A stretch of DNA of 64,000 nucleotides from a virus, in UHGV virus genome UHGV-1358930. One strand, given 5' to 3'. The notes under the pieces are model-generated. The model was not told the origin of the DNA. It worked only from the letters and a program-made list of their open reading frames with translations, and searched no databases. The translations under genes were made by a program, and so were the position numbers. Positions 19,581-29,102 of the stretch are shown here, piece after piece. Positions within the stretch are counted from its first letter, which is position 1, and every line of letters begins with the position of its first letter.

Positions 19581-20417
19581 ATGGCCAAAATAACACACGG
19601 AACTCCGGAGCAATTTCTGAATGCTCTAGAGAATAAAATTCAAGAACTCGGTGGAAATGTTCAAGATGATGTTACTTCCGCAGTAGAAACTGAGGATGAT
19701 AAGGAAAGATACATTCATACATTGATTGGAGACATTCAATCAGAATTCATAGGTACAGTAGATTCTATGAAGTTTGATACTATGGATGACTCCCTCATCA
19801 TCACAGTTGTACTTGGAAATAAAGTGAGAGAATTTTCAGTTCCTTATTCGGATCTTAAATTTGATTGGAACAATATTGATGAAGATACTCAATACATTTC
19901 TAATGAAATTGATGAAGAGTTCAACAGAGAATATATTGATGATACTATCATTGAATCTAACGTAGATTCTGCGTCATCTAGATTCAATAAAGTTCTAGGG
20001 TCTGCAGATTACTATGATCATCCTAAATATTCAAAAACATTGTATTTGCCTTCAACTCGTCAAGGAAAGGTTAAACTGACCATAGGAACATTTAGCGATC
20101 CAAGTTATGACGATGATCATACGTTTGAAATCTTAGCTATAGTAGATGTAGAATCTCGTCGAATTGATTTTACTCTCGACTCTGAAAAGCTGTATGAAAC
20201 AGTAGATATACGTGACGGTCATGAAAAATTATCCGGATATGACGACAGATATGATGATCCGGAAGTTACAGTAGATGAAATTTATGAATACTTTATGACC
20301 TTAGATCAAGATGATGTTGATGATACGATAATAGAATTAGCTGATGATTTTGATGTTAATCGAGTTAAGCAGCTGTTTGGACCGATAACTGCGTCATCTA
20401 GATTCAACAAGGTTTAA
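19581..20417 (+). CDS. Acidic protein, paralog A of 20722-21603, with an internal ASSRFNKV repeat.
   Basis: AAGGTGG ribosome-binding site. The N-terminus MAKITHGTPEQFLNAL is shared with the paralog. Confidence 0.45.
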   Translation: MAKITHGTPEQFLNALENKIQELGGNVQDDVTSAVETEDDKERYIHTLIGDIQSEFIGTVDSMKFDTMDDSLIITVVLGNKVREFSVPYSDLKFDWNNIDEDTQYISNEIDEEFNREYIDDTIIESNVDSASSRFNKVLGSADYYDHPKYSKTLYLPSTRQGKVKLTIGTFSDPSYDDDHTFEILAIVDVESRRIDFTLDSEKLYETVDIRDGHEKLSGYDDRYDDPEVTVDEIYEYFMTLDQDDVDDTIIELADDFDVNRVKQLFGPITASSRFNKV

Positions 20418-20721
20418 TCCGCTACTATGAAGTATCTAGATCAAGACGTAGAAGAGTACGTATTGTCAGAGTTAAAACAGATGAAAATGGCATATCATCA
20501 TGATATGCCATTTGATGAATAGTTAAGAGAGCCAATCAGAAATGGATATATTTTCGAATCTTACTAACAGATAAGAAATGACATCTTAGGCAAGAAATCT
20601 AAAAACTTCGTCTTTATTTAGATAAGTCGGAAATTTTTATCTGATGATATTACACGCTGACGTTAAGGATCTAGTAATGGTAAATATTGTTAACTAATAT
20701 CGATTTCAGCAAATAACAGAG

Positions 20722-21603
20722 GTGATATATACGGCAAAGACCACGCACGGCACTCCAGAGCAATTTCTGAATGCGCTTAAAAATAGGATAAACGAACTAT
20801 CTGAAGGATCAGATATCACAACAGCTATTAAAACTGCAGATGTTGAAAACTATAGAGATACTGCACAGCCTGATGATATTTATCGTAGCCGATATCTTCA
20901 TGATCTTATCGGAGAAGTTGAGGATGAGCTATCTGATATTTCAAATATTGTAGCAGCAGATTACAACGATAAGGAGTTCATAGTTTTGCTACAAGTAGGT
21001 GGTAAGAACAGAAAGTTCAAATTTGCATTCAATCGACTCAGCTTCCAGTTTGAGACAATTGATATGGACGTAACTTACATCACCGATTTTGTCCGGGACG
21101 CAGTATCTGGCAATATCGCAGAAGATGATAGCCACTACGAGAAAGACTATGTTGAGTCATTGATGATTGATGTTGAATCCAATCTATATCCATATACAGA
21201 CTCTATTAACTATCAGATCCATGGCAAAGATGTCACGATTGTTGTAGTATCTGATAAAGGTATTCGAGAATATACGGTACCATTCGATGATCTTACGATG
21301 GATCCAGAAGATCATGGACCTGACGTTGACTACATCGTCAATTTCATTGACAGAGACTTAAACATTTCAGGAGATAACGACTATGACGGTTACACTCCAG
21401 AAGACTGGAAACCCGCAATCATAAAGAAGCTAGAATCTGAAGATGTAGATGTATCTACACCCGAAGCTGAAGATTACATTGATAGAGCTGCGGAAATGAT
21501 TCAGAATGATGATGATCATGATGTAGATTATTGGTGGAACGAAGTTATGTCAAACGATGACTGGCGTCAAGAAATCAATGATCTGCCGCATCTTTCTGTT
21601 TGA
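20722..21603 (+). CDS. Acidic protein, paralog B; its start codon is unclear because ACG replaces the ATG of paralog A.
   Basis: The N-terminus ..TAKTTHGTPEQFLNAL aligns to paralog A. A GAGGTG ribosome-binding site sits 7 nt upstream of the ACG. Confidence 0.35.
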   Translation: MIYTAKTTHGTPEQFLNALKNRINELSEGSDITTAIKTADVENYRDTAQPDDIYRSRYLHDLIGEVEDELSDISNIVAADYNDKEFIVLLQVGGKNRKFKFAFNRLSFQFETIDMDVTYITDFVRDAVSGNIAEDDSHYEKDYVESLMIDVESNLYPYTDSINYQIHGKDVTIVVVSDKGIREYTVPFDDLTMDPEDHGPDVDYIVNFIDRDLNISGDNDYDGYTPEDWKPAIIKKLESEDVDVSTPEAEDYIDRAAEMIQNDDDHDVDYWWNEVMSNDDWRQEINDLPHLSV

Positions 21604-21625
21604 TTCATAGTGAAATAACGCGAAG

Positions 21626-22105
21626 ATGAACGATGGATTAGGCAAGAAAGCAGAACAAAAAATAAAGCAATGGCTAGATAAACCAGAAGATGGCTATTGC
21701 TTCGATAGAATTCCCGACCAGCTATCTGGATTCTATGGCAGTAAAAACATATGCGATTTCACATGCTTTAAATCTCCTTACATGTTCTACATTGAGTCAA
21801 AAGCAACGTGGGAACATAGATTTGATTTATCTATGATATCCGAATTTCAATATAATTCGTTGTTAGAAAAATCCAAGATAACAAATGTATTTGGGCTAGT
21901 TATAGTACTGTTTGCTACAGATAAACGAGCTTTTATTCTAGATATTCGTGATATTGCAAAGTTAAAGTCTATGGATGTTAAGTCTATCAATATCAATAAA
22001 ATTGATTCATGGAGTATCTCTTATATCGAGATTCCTACAGCAAGTAGTCGAAAGACGCTGTTAGACTATACAGGAGATTTAGTCGAGCTAGTTACAAGTA
22101 AATAA
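21626..22105 (+). CDS. Putative RecU-like Holliday junction resolvase or PD-(D/E)xK-type nuclease.
   Basis: The stretch ICDFTCFKSPYMFYIESKAT resembles the RecU DFxG...FE.K.T core. The match is weak. Confidence 0.3.
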   Translation: MNDGLGKKAEQKIKQWLDKPEDGYCFDRIPDQLSGFYGSKNICDFTCFKSPYMFYIESKATWEHRFDLSMISEFQYNSLLEKSKITNVFGLVIVLFATDKRAFILDIRDIAKLKSMDVKSININKIDSWSISYIEIPTASSRKTLLDYTGDLVELVTSK

Positions 22106-22113
22106 TCAAATAG

Positions 22114-22150
22114 ATAAGACAATCGTTAAATTGGTTGTCTTATTTTATTG
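22114..22150. terminator. Rho-independent terminator that contains the AATCGTTAA motif in its loop.
   Basis: A stem ataagacaa/ttgtcttat is followed by TTTTA. Confidence 0.55.
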
Positions 22151-22158
22151 CTGAAAGG

Positions 22159-22614
22159 ATGACGACATTGAAAAGATATGTGAAAGCTTCAAGAACATCC
22201 GGAAATGTAGGAATTTGGTGGTACTATAACAATCAGGAAGTTTGGGCTGAAATGTGCCCAACAGATGAAGGACAAGCCGATAGTAGATATATTCAATTTA
22301 GTTCTGATAAGAATCATCTTACCGAATGGAACAAAGTTGTCAACGACAACGTACCAGACATTACTCTAAGAGAGCAGATTCGCTATGACAGCTATAAATC
22401 ACTGCCCAGAGGTAGAGTTATTTTTGACTTACTTACACAGTCCTACATCATTACATGCGGGAGTGAATTCAAGTCAAATGTAGAGTTTAAACGAAACATC
22501 TGCGATGCTTTTGAAATTCCAATGAATAGAACAGATGTTGAAGTTATTCCGAATCACTATTACGTATACAAGAAGACTGGAAATGCTGCTCTAGATGAAT
22601 TTGAAGGAGTATAG
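22159..22614 (+). CDS. Hypothetical protein; the exact start is uncertain.
   Basis: The ORF-track start at 22135 lies inside the terminator hairpin, so an ATG, TTG or GTG at 22159-22180 is more likely. Confidence 0.35.
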   Translation: MTTLKRYVKASRTSGNVGIWWYYNNQEVWAEMCPTDEGQADSRYIQFSSDKNHLTEWNKVVNDNVPDITLREQIRYDSYKSLPRGRVIFDLLTQSYIITCGSEFKSNVEFKRNICDAFEIPMNRTDVEVIPNHYYVYKKTGNAALDEFEGV

Positions 22615-22662
22615 CATGAACCTTAAATTATTTCATAAATAGAAAATAAGGAGACGATACAA

Positions 22663-22929
22663 ATGGATTTTGGTATTGTCAGCTTTGCTGCTATTGTAGT
22701 TCTTGTATATTTGGTAGGCTCTGCTGTAAAGGTATCTAATTTAAACAGTGATTGGATCCCGGTTATCTGCGGTGCATCTGGATTGCTTCTTGGCGTTCTA
22801 GCCTTTTATCTAAAGGTGCCAGACTTCCCTGCTACGGATCCGATGACTGCCGCAGCTGTCGGAGTTGTTTCCGGATTTGCTGCTACCGGCATCAATCAAG
22901 CTATCAAACGCACAAGCATAAAGAAGTAA
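22663..22929 (+). CDS. Holin-like small membrane protein with 2-3 transmembrane helices.
   Basis: An 88 aa product with three hydrophobic segments and a charged C-terminus (KRTSIKK). AAGGAG ribosome-binding site. Confidence 0.45.
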   Translation: MDFGIVSFAAIVVLVYLVGSAVKVSNLNSDWIPVICGASGLLLGVLAFYLKVPDFPATDPMTAAAVGVVSGFAATGINQAIKRTSIKK

Positions 22930-23018
22930 AATTGATTTCGAGGATTGTTTGGTTAGAGATGCGGGTAATCTAATCAAACAGGACTTCATGGTATTGTGGA
23001 TACCTCCTTTCCGAGAAT

Positions 23019-23050
23019 GGGCAGATTGAAATATATCTGCCTTTTCTTGT
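23019..23050. terminator. Rho-independent terminator.
   Basis: A stem ggcagat/atctgcc is followed by TTTTCTT. Confidence 0.6.
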
Positions 23051-23172
23051 GTATTCAGATTCGTTAGTATAGAAAAGAAGATGTAGCTTTGCGATCCCTT
23101 TTAGAAGTATTGATACTTTGATTCGTTAAATTAAATAACACGTACCACAACATAAGAAAGGAAGTATAGTCG

Positions 23173-24021
23173 ATGAAATATAGGGAGTTTAATTATTGGT
23201 TCATTCGAAGGTCTGAAAATGAATTTGATGTTCTGAGCAAAGCTAACAACATGGAGGTTGTAGGGTGGGTTATTGATAACCACACCCACGCTGATTTCAC
23301 TTCTGACGATATACATAATGATGTTGTAGCTGCAGATGTAGAAACTGAATTTGAACTCTATCGAGATAGGATGGAGTATGCTGTCGGAAAGAAAATCATG
23401 CTAAGCAAGACTACAATAGATGCTATTGATTTATCCGATAAGTATAAGCAGCTGATTCTTGGCTGTTTCATGATCCGAGCACAGCGAGCTGGTAAAGATC
23501 CGGAAGATGCAATATCTATTGGTAAGAAGGCGATCACTTGGTTAGATAGCACAGATTTTTTCATTGCGCCAGCTTCTACACGATTCCACGAATCTTTTGC
23601 AAGCGGATTACTTTATCATACATTGAGTGTCTACAACCAGATCGTAGATTTGCATAACTTAACTAAATTCAACAACGTCTCATATGATAGCGCGTGCCTT
23701 GTTGCATTAGTGCATGACTGGTGCAAAATCAATCTATACACACCATATCAAAGAAATGTCAAGAACAATGAAACTGGTAAATGGGAATCGGTAATTGCAT
23801 ATAATCGAGGGAATACAGAATTTCCACATGGACAGCAGTCATTGGAGCTTGCAAGATGTTTCTTTAAATTTGATACAGCTGAGAAACTTGCAATCACGCA
23901 CCATATGGGACATTGGTACACACATCCTGCAGAAGAGAACAGCCTTCAGACAGCTAATGAAAGATATCCGCTTGTATTGATGTTACAGTTCGCAGATTCG
24001 TTAGCTATCACCAGTTACTAA
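23173..24021 (+). CDS. HD-domain phosphohydrolase-like protein.
   Basis: The motifs H (YHTLSV), HD (LVHDWCK), HH (ITHHMGH) and D (FADSLA) occur in the canonical order. Confidence 0.45.
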   Translation: MKYREFNYWFIRRSENEFDVLSKANNMEVVGWVIDNHTHADFTSDDIHNDVVAADVETEFELYRDRMEYAVGKKIMLSKTTIDAIDLSDKYKQLILGCFMIRAQRAGKDPEDAISIGKKAITWLDSTDFFIAPASTRFHESFASGLLYHTLSVYNQIVDLHNLTKFNNVSYDSACLVALVHDWCKINLYTPYQRNVKNNETGKWESVIAYNRGNTEFPHGQQSLELARCFFKFDTAEKLAITHHMGHWYTHPAEENSLQTANERYPLVLMLQFADSLAITSY

Positions 24022-24022
24022 T

Positions 24023-24571
24023 ATGCCTACATTGAATAATCTACCTAGATTATCCGAAGATCAACGAAAGTTAGTCGAAGATAACATGAACTTAGCTTAC
24101 AAGTGTGCATCTGAAATTGCCCCGCACACAACATTAGAATATGAAGATGTAGTTCAATATTGCTTATTAGGGCTGTGTAAGGCTGCATTGATATTTGACG
24201 AATCTAAAGGTGCACTATCTTCTGTCGCATACCAATGTATGCGAAATGAAATATACATGAAAACTAGGCGCACAAAGAAACGCATAGCACAAAACGAACT
24301 ATTAAGTTTAGATGCGCCTTGTCCAAATACAGAAGATTTTACACTTTTAGATACAATAGAAGACTCATATGACAGAATATCCGAAGCAGAATCCTATATG
24401 GATCTGATGTCTGCCATAAGCAAAGTGCCAATAAGCAGACGTCATATTGCTCAGTATCTGATAGATAACCCTCAAAGCCCTCAAGGCGTAGTTGCCAAAA
24501 AATTTAATTGTACTCAATCAAATATATCAAGAGTTAAAAAAGAGCTAATAAAACATTGGCTAAATACATAA
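24023..24571 (+). CDS. Phage-encoded sigma-70-family RNA polymerase sigma factor with region 2 and region 4 only.
   Basis: Region 2-like VVQYCLLGLCKAALIFDESKGALSSVAYQCMRNEIYMKTRR is followed by a C-terminal region 4 helix-turn-helix (VAKKFNCTQSNISRVKKELIKHW). Confidence 0.6.
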   Translation: MPTLNNLPRLSEDQRKLVEDNMNLAYKCASEIAPHTTLEYEDVVQYCLLGLCKAALIFDESKGALSSVAYQCMRNEIYMKTRRTKKRIAQNELLSLDAPCPNTEDFTLLDTIEDSYDRISEAESYMDLMSAISKVPISRRHIAQYLIDNPQSPQGVVAKKFNCTQSNISRVKKELIKHWLNT

Positions 24572-24616
24572 TGATCACCTTTTATTGTTGTATGAAGATA
24601 GTGAGGTGTACTAAAA

Positions 24617-25312
24617 ATGTATATGAATGAAATATCGGTTATGTCTATGGCTCAAGAGGATGCAAAGTATATTGCAGATCGCCTTATGCAAAAGCATACA
24701 GCTGTGGATGTCAAAGATATCACAACTAATAAAGTATCAGATGCGGCTGTAGATGCTGAAGAAGTTGAATACGATGTACAAATTGTTTTAGATATAGACG
24801 GCAATCAGCAAGCTGTAAATTTCCAGTATTATCTTCAGCCAGATGGAAATGTAGAATTATCTGATGATTTAGATAATGTGATTCAGAGTGTCGATAGCAG
24901 AATAATGTCTGGTCAGAATACGGCCGACTTACATATCATTACAGCCGCGGATGATTTTGATTCTGATAACTTTGATGACGATGATTTTGACGAAATTCCG
25001 CATGAACCGGTTGAAGATGACACGGTAGCTGACGATGATAGCATAACAGACACTTTGAATGATATGTCAGAACAGCTAGATGATTTACAGGATGACATAA
25101 CTGATCCTTCTAATGAAGACGATATCAACATTGATATAAACAACAACATTGATAATCATTACATCGCAGAATGCGAAAAATGCCATGGAATTTTTATTTC
25201 TTCTTTGATAGCTTCCGATCAGCGGGTTGAATCAATTCATGGCGTGTGTCCGCTTTGTGATAAAGAATCTGATCAATATCTCAAATGGATTGTAGAAGCG
25301 GTGGAACAATGA
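24617..25312 (+). CDS. Highly acidic protein with a C-terminal CxxC...CxxC zinc ribbon.
   Basis: A D/E-rich tract spans residues 100-170. The C-terminus carries CEKCHG...CPLCD. Confidence 0.4.
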   Translation: MYMNEISVMSMAQEDAKYIADRLMQKHTAVDVKDITTNKVSDAAVDAEEVEYDVQIVLDIDGNQQAVNFQYYLQPDGNVELSDDLDNVIQSVDSRIMSGQNTADLHIITAADDFDSDNFDDDDFDEIPHEPVEDDTVADDDSITDTLNDMSEQLDDLQDDITDPSNEDDINIDINNNIDNHYIAECEKCHGIFISSLIASDQRVESIHGVCPLCDKESDQYLKWIVEAVEQ

Positions 25313-25506
25313 GAACAAAAAATTCTGAATTTTTGACTTGTGATATATGCGGTAAGCAATTCTTGAAAGTATATAACAGCATCTATGAAACTACGTTTCA
25401 AGGCAGGAAATGTCATTTTTGTAGTTATACATGTTTCAGAGAAGCTCAAAAGGTACAAGAATCTATAAAAAGTAATCATAGATTGGCCAATCGTAAATTT
25501 GCATAA
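25309..25506 (+). CDS. Small FCS/TRASH-type zinc-ribbon protein, paralog 5.
   Basis: Motif CDICGKQF...CHFCSYTC. A GGTGGAA ribosome-binding site precedes the ATG at 25309. Confidence 0.4.
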   Translation: MRTKNSEFLTCDICGKQFLKVYNSIYETTFQGRKCHFCSYTCFREAQKVQESIKSNHRLANRKFA

Positions 25507-25578
25507 TACAAAATTATTCTAAGCACATCTATGGAAATATTAGATGAATCTAAGTAACATTAGAAGAGAGGTTGTATA

Positions 25579-28566
25579 ATGAAGCGAATCATAAAAAATT
25601 CTGTAATGAGCACAAAGAGCACTAATCCTCAAAGTGAATATGAGTATCGTAAAAATATTTATTTAAAGAGAAAGCATGAATTTGAAACTCTAGGTGAAGA
25701 TGACAACAACGATGTACTTTCCAGAGAAGAGAAGATGCGCATTGCAAAGGCTGAGATGAATAAGGTAGCACCAGAATCTGTTGACTCGGCTAACAAGCAT
25801 GCTATCCATAGTTCTTCATATACTCCGGATATGCTGGATGAGTTGATTAACTATTATTCTTCGCAAGATACAATGAGCTATGAGGACATTTGGGATGAAA
25901 TTGTTAATCAATATCACAATGAAGCTCTCGCAGATGATGTGCTAGATGGCCTTGATGAGTTAAAAGCAGAAGATGACATATATTCTGCTGATGATATAGG
26001 TGATATGTATGACGATAATGTAGATGACATTGAACGCGAATTTCAACGTATTGACAGATCAGGTACTGACGAAGACGTTGAAATTGCAGCTATAATGTAC
26101 AACTTAGGGATTACGATGAAAGAGGCTCGTGAAATATTACCTACATTGAGCAAAGATAAAATCAAAGATTATGTAGATTACTATTATCTTAGAGATTTAC
26201 CTACATCTGAGCGTGTGAAGATTTGGAATAAGCGCAAGATAACTTCTGCTACAGCTTCCGAATACGCACAGATGATTGACGATCTAGATTATTTCTATGA
26301 AGTATACCCAGAAGAAATGGAACCTATACTTATTCGAAATGGGGCTACTCCTGACAAAGATAATTGGCTGGATGGCTGCAATATTCCTCAAGCTTATGAT
26401 GAAGCTGTAGCATACTTTGAATCTAATTATGATAATGACGACGAATATTCTGAACTAGACACCGGTGTAGGCAGTCGATTAGGCTGGTCAAACTATATTC
26501 AATCTGGAATCTATGAAGAAACAGAAGATCCTAAATGGATATGTCTCGATATCAAGCATGTAAGAGATAGCGACGGGATGCTTACAGACTATGCGCTTTA
26601 TACTACTGAAGACGAAGATAAGTATATTTGCATGTTTGGTGATGTTGATGCATATCCGCCAGATGAAATGTATGCGGATGCTGAATTTGACTCAGAAGAG
26701 GAAGCTCTCGAGTGGTTTGAAGATTACACCGGACCTGGAGATGAAGACGACGACGAAGACGAAGACTACGATGTATATCACGATGTTATTGATGCTGCAG
26801 AAGAACTGGATGAAGACGAAGATGATCTAGACCATCCTGATCAAGAATTTGATTCAGCAGATACTTCAATCAACTCTACCAAGCTTCCTGCCATCTATAA
26901 GATGATAACTATTCCTGAAGGGTCTGTGGGAATTGATTTTGGTGGCGGAAAATGGGACAATGCAATCGAGCATATAAGAGATTTAGGAGCTACTCTGTGT
27001 GTATATGATCCGTACAACCGATCAAAGGCTTATAATAAAGAGACGCTGAAAACGTTACGAGCCAACGGAGGAGCTGACTGGGCAGTAACTTCTAATGTTT
27101 TGAATGTTATCAAAGAGCCGAGTGCAAGAAAAGCAGTTCTTGAGAATATCTCAAAGATAACAAAGCCAGGCGCACCTATCTACATCACTGTCTATGAAGG
27201 CAGAGGAGATTCAAAAGCTGGTCAAACTAAGTCAGGCTATCAGCTGAACAGAAAAACCAAAGACTACATGGAAGAAATTCAAGAAGTATTCCCAGATGCA
27301 ACTCGAAAGGGTAAGTTAATCATTGCTCATAATATCAGATCGGCATCTTCTAGTACGGTAGTTACTGCAGCTTCGTCCAGTAAACTAGACAAGTACATGA
27401 ATGTAACTAAAGACCGCAAGAAGTATGCAGTGCACTATACAGAAGTAAACACAGAGCAAGACGCATGGACAATCTATTCTGATTTTCGTGCTCAGGTATC
27501 TAAAATTTCTCCGTATGATGATGCGGATTACGCTTGGGCAGATATCCGAAATGGTCATATCGATGTGATACGGAACGGTAAAGTTGTGAAGCGTTCCTAC
27601 TATTTCAATGCCGATGACATGGACGTGGAAAATACCGAATGGTGTGATATCATAATTGATGAAGCGATTGATTTAATTGCAAAAATAAATAAAGATATTG
27701 AACCTCGGATGGTTTACAACTCTACATCAGTTGCAGCTAGAAACAAATCAAGTATCACGTCATCAGCCGATAAAAAAATTCGACCTATCGATGAACTAGA
27801 TGATGTAACAGATCAACTCAGAGATGACCTAACTCAGAAGCTTGTTGACGTGATGTCAAGTCCGAATTTTGGGTTCAGTAGAAATGAAGCTATTGATTAT
27901 TCAAGAGTAGATATTAGATTTGACGACGATGAAAACAGAATTGAAGTTGAAGTTGGCGCAGAGGTTGACTACGACGGTCTAATGCAGATTGCTCAAGATC
28001 TTGATCCTATCATTCAATCATATGATAAAGCTGCCTATTTCGATGCAGAAGATGCTGGATTGCTTATCGCATTCATTCCATACGAATCATTGAGAAAGCA
28101 CATGAAAGTTAATTCAGCTTCTGACCTTCCTGAACCTTCATTAGATCCTCCTGAATATGATGATCCGGAGGAAGTCGATGAAGATGTAACAGTCGAATTC
28201 GATATGGACAGAGTACGAATTGATGTAGATAAGTCTGGATCCTGGGAATATGTTGACGATTCATTCTTAAATGATGTAATGACCAATGATGCGCTTTATT
28301 CTGAAGAATATGATGTAAAGGTGAGAGACCGAAACGGTTTACTCGAGGATCTAGATGATATTCTTAAATATGATATTCCTGTAGAAGCGGGTGAATATCG
28401 TATCAGCTGTCATATCACGTTAGTGTATCACATAACTGGAATTGAGAAGTATGATGAGTATCCAGATGATAACTACGGTGATTCTTCAGAATATTCAACA
28501 GAAAATGCAGATGTCAAGTTCGATCTCCATGATAGCTATGTAGAAGATTTTAGAATTGTTGACTAA
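25579..28566 (+). CDS. Large, very acidic 995 aa protein with a central Rossmann / methyltransferase-like motif.
   Basis: Long D/E-rich tracts are present. The stretch IDFGGGKWDNAIEHIRDLGATLCVYDP resembles SAM-methyltransferase motif I. Confidence 0.35.
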   Translation: MKRIIKNSVMSTKSTNPQSEYEYRKNIYLKRKHEFETLGEDDNNDVLSREEKMRIAKAEMNKVAPESVDSANKHAIHSSSYTPDMLDELINYYSSQDTMSYEDIWDEIVNQYHNEALADDVLDGLDELKAEDDIYSADDIGDMYDDNVDDIEREFQRIDRSGTDEDVEIAAIMYNLGITMKEAREILPTLSKDKIKDYVDYYYLRDLPTSERVKIWNKRKITSATASEYAQMIDDLDYFYEVYPEEMEPILIRNGATPDKDNWLDGCNIPQAYDEAVAYFESNYDNDDEYSELDTGVGSRLGWSNYIQSGIYEETEDPKWICLDIKHVRDSDGMLTDYALYTTEDEDKYICMFGDVDAYPPDEMYADAEFDSEEEALEWFEDYTGPGDEDDDEDEDYDVYHDVIDAAEELDEDEDDLDHPDQEFDSADTSINSTKLPAIYKMITIPEGSVGIDFGGGKWDNAIEHIRDLGATLCVYDPYNRSKAYNKETLKTLRANGGADWAVTSNVLNVIKEPSARKAVLENISKITKPGAPIYITVYEGRGDSKAGQTKSGYQLNRKTKDYMEEIQEVFPDATRKGKLIIAHNIRSASSSTVVTAASSSKLDKYMNVTKDRKKYAVHYTEVNTEQDAWTIYSDFRAQVSKISPYDDADYAWADIRNGHIDVIRNGKVVKRSYYFNADDMDVENTEWCDIIIDEAIDLIAKINKDIEPRMVYNSTSVAARNKSSITSSADKKIRPIDELDDVTDQLRDDLTQKLVDVMSSPNFGFSRNEAIDYSRVDIRFDDDENRIEVEVGAEVDYDGLMQIAQDLDPIIQSYDKAAYFDAEDAGLLIAFIPYESLRKHMKVNSASDLPEPSLDPPEYDDPEEVDEDVTVEFDMDRVRIDVDKSGSWEYVDDSFLNDVMTNDALYSEEYDVKVRDRNGLLEDLDDILKYDIPVEAGEYRISCHITLVYHITGIEKYDEYPDDNYGDSSEYSTENADVKFDLHDSYVEDFRIVD

Positions 28567-28600
28567 CATAGCTCTTGCATTCTAACAAATTGATCGTTAT

Positions 28601-28636
28601 ATAAGACGTAGGAATTCATCCTGCGTCTTATTTTTA
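28601..28636. terminator. Rho-independent terminator.
   Basis: A stem aagacgtagg/cctgcgtctt is followed by TATTTTTATT. Confidence 0.6.
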
Positions 28637-28678
28637 TTGTTCAACAATCATTAAATATTAACGAATTATTAACGACCG

Positions 28679-28707
28679 TTGAAATTATCATCAAAATCGC
28701 TTATAAT
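28679..28707 (+). promoter_or_regulatory. Consensus sigma-A-type promoter preceded by two inverted TTAACGA motifs.
   Basis: The -35 is TTGAAA and the -10 is TATAAT, separated by a 17 nt spacer. Confidence 0.55.
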
Positions 28708-28745
28708 ATAAGCATAAACAAATACATGTTTCGGAGGTCATCAAT

Positions 28746-29102
28746 ATGAAAAGATTCAGCTCTGTATTGTCCGCGATTTTTACTATTCTGTCTGCACTGT
28801 GCTTTGTATTCTGCTTTTCTATAGATACCGAGCAAGATTCATGGTTCATGTATATGGGACTTGCGTTTTTAGGATTTATTATTTCTATCGCGTTATCTGC
28901 ATTCGCAGGAAACTTATATAAGTTGGTTGGAAGCGTTGTTGCATTTGTTTCTGTTATTGCCGCATCAATTGAAATGAAACGCCACCCGAACAGCCGCCGC
29001 ACCAAGGCGTTGATCAGCACATATACTAATCGTAGAAATCAATTCAATTATAGCAAACTTTATCACAATGCAAAGCAAGTTTATTTGAAAGGAAATAGAT
29101 GA
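28746..29102 (+). CDS. Small membrane protein with three transmembrane helices.
   Basis: GGAGG ribosome-binding site. Hydrophobic segments occupy residues 8-30, 35-58 and 62-85. Confidence 0.4.
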   Translation: MKRFSSVLSAIFTILSALCFVFCFSIDTEQDSWFMYMGLAFLGFIISIALSAFAGNLYKLVGSVVAFVSVIAASIEMKRHPNSRRTKALISTYTNRRNQFNYSKLYHNAKQVYLKGNR

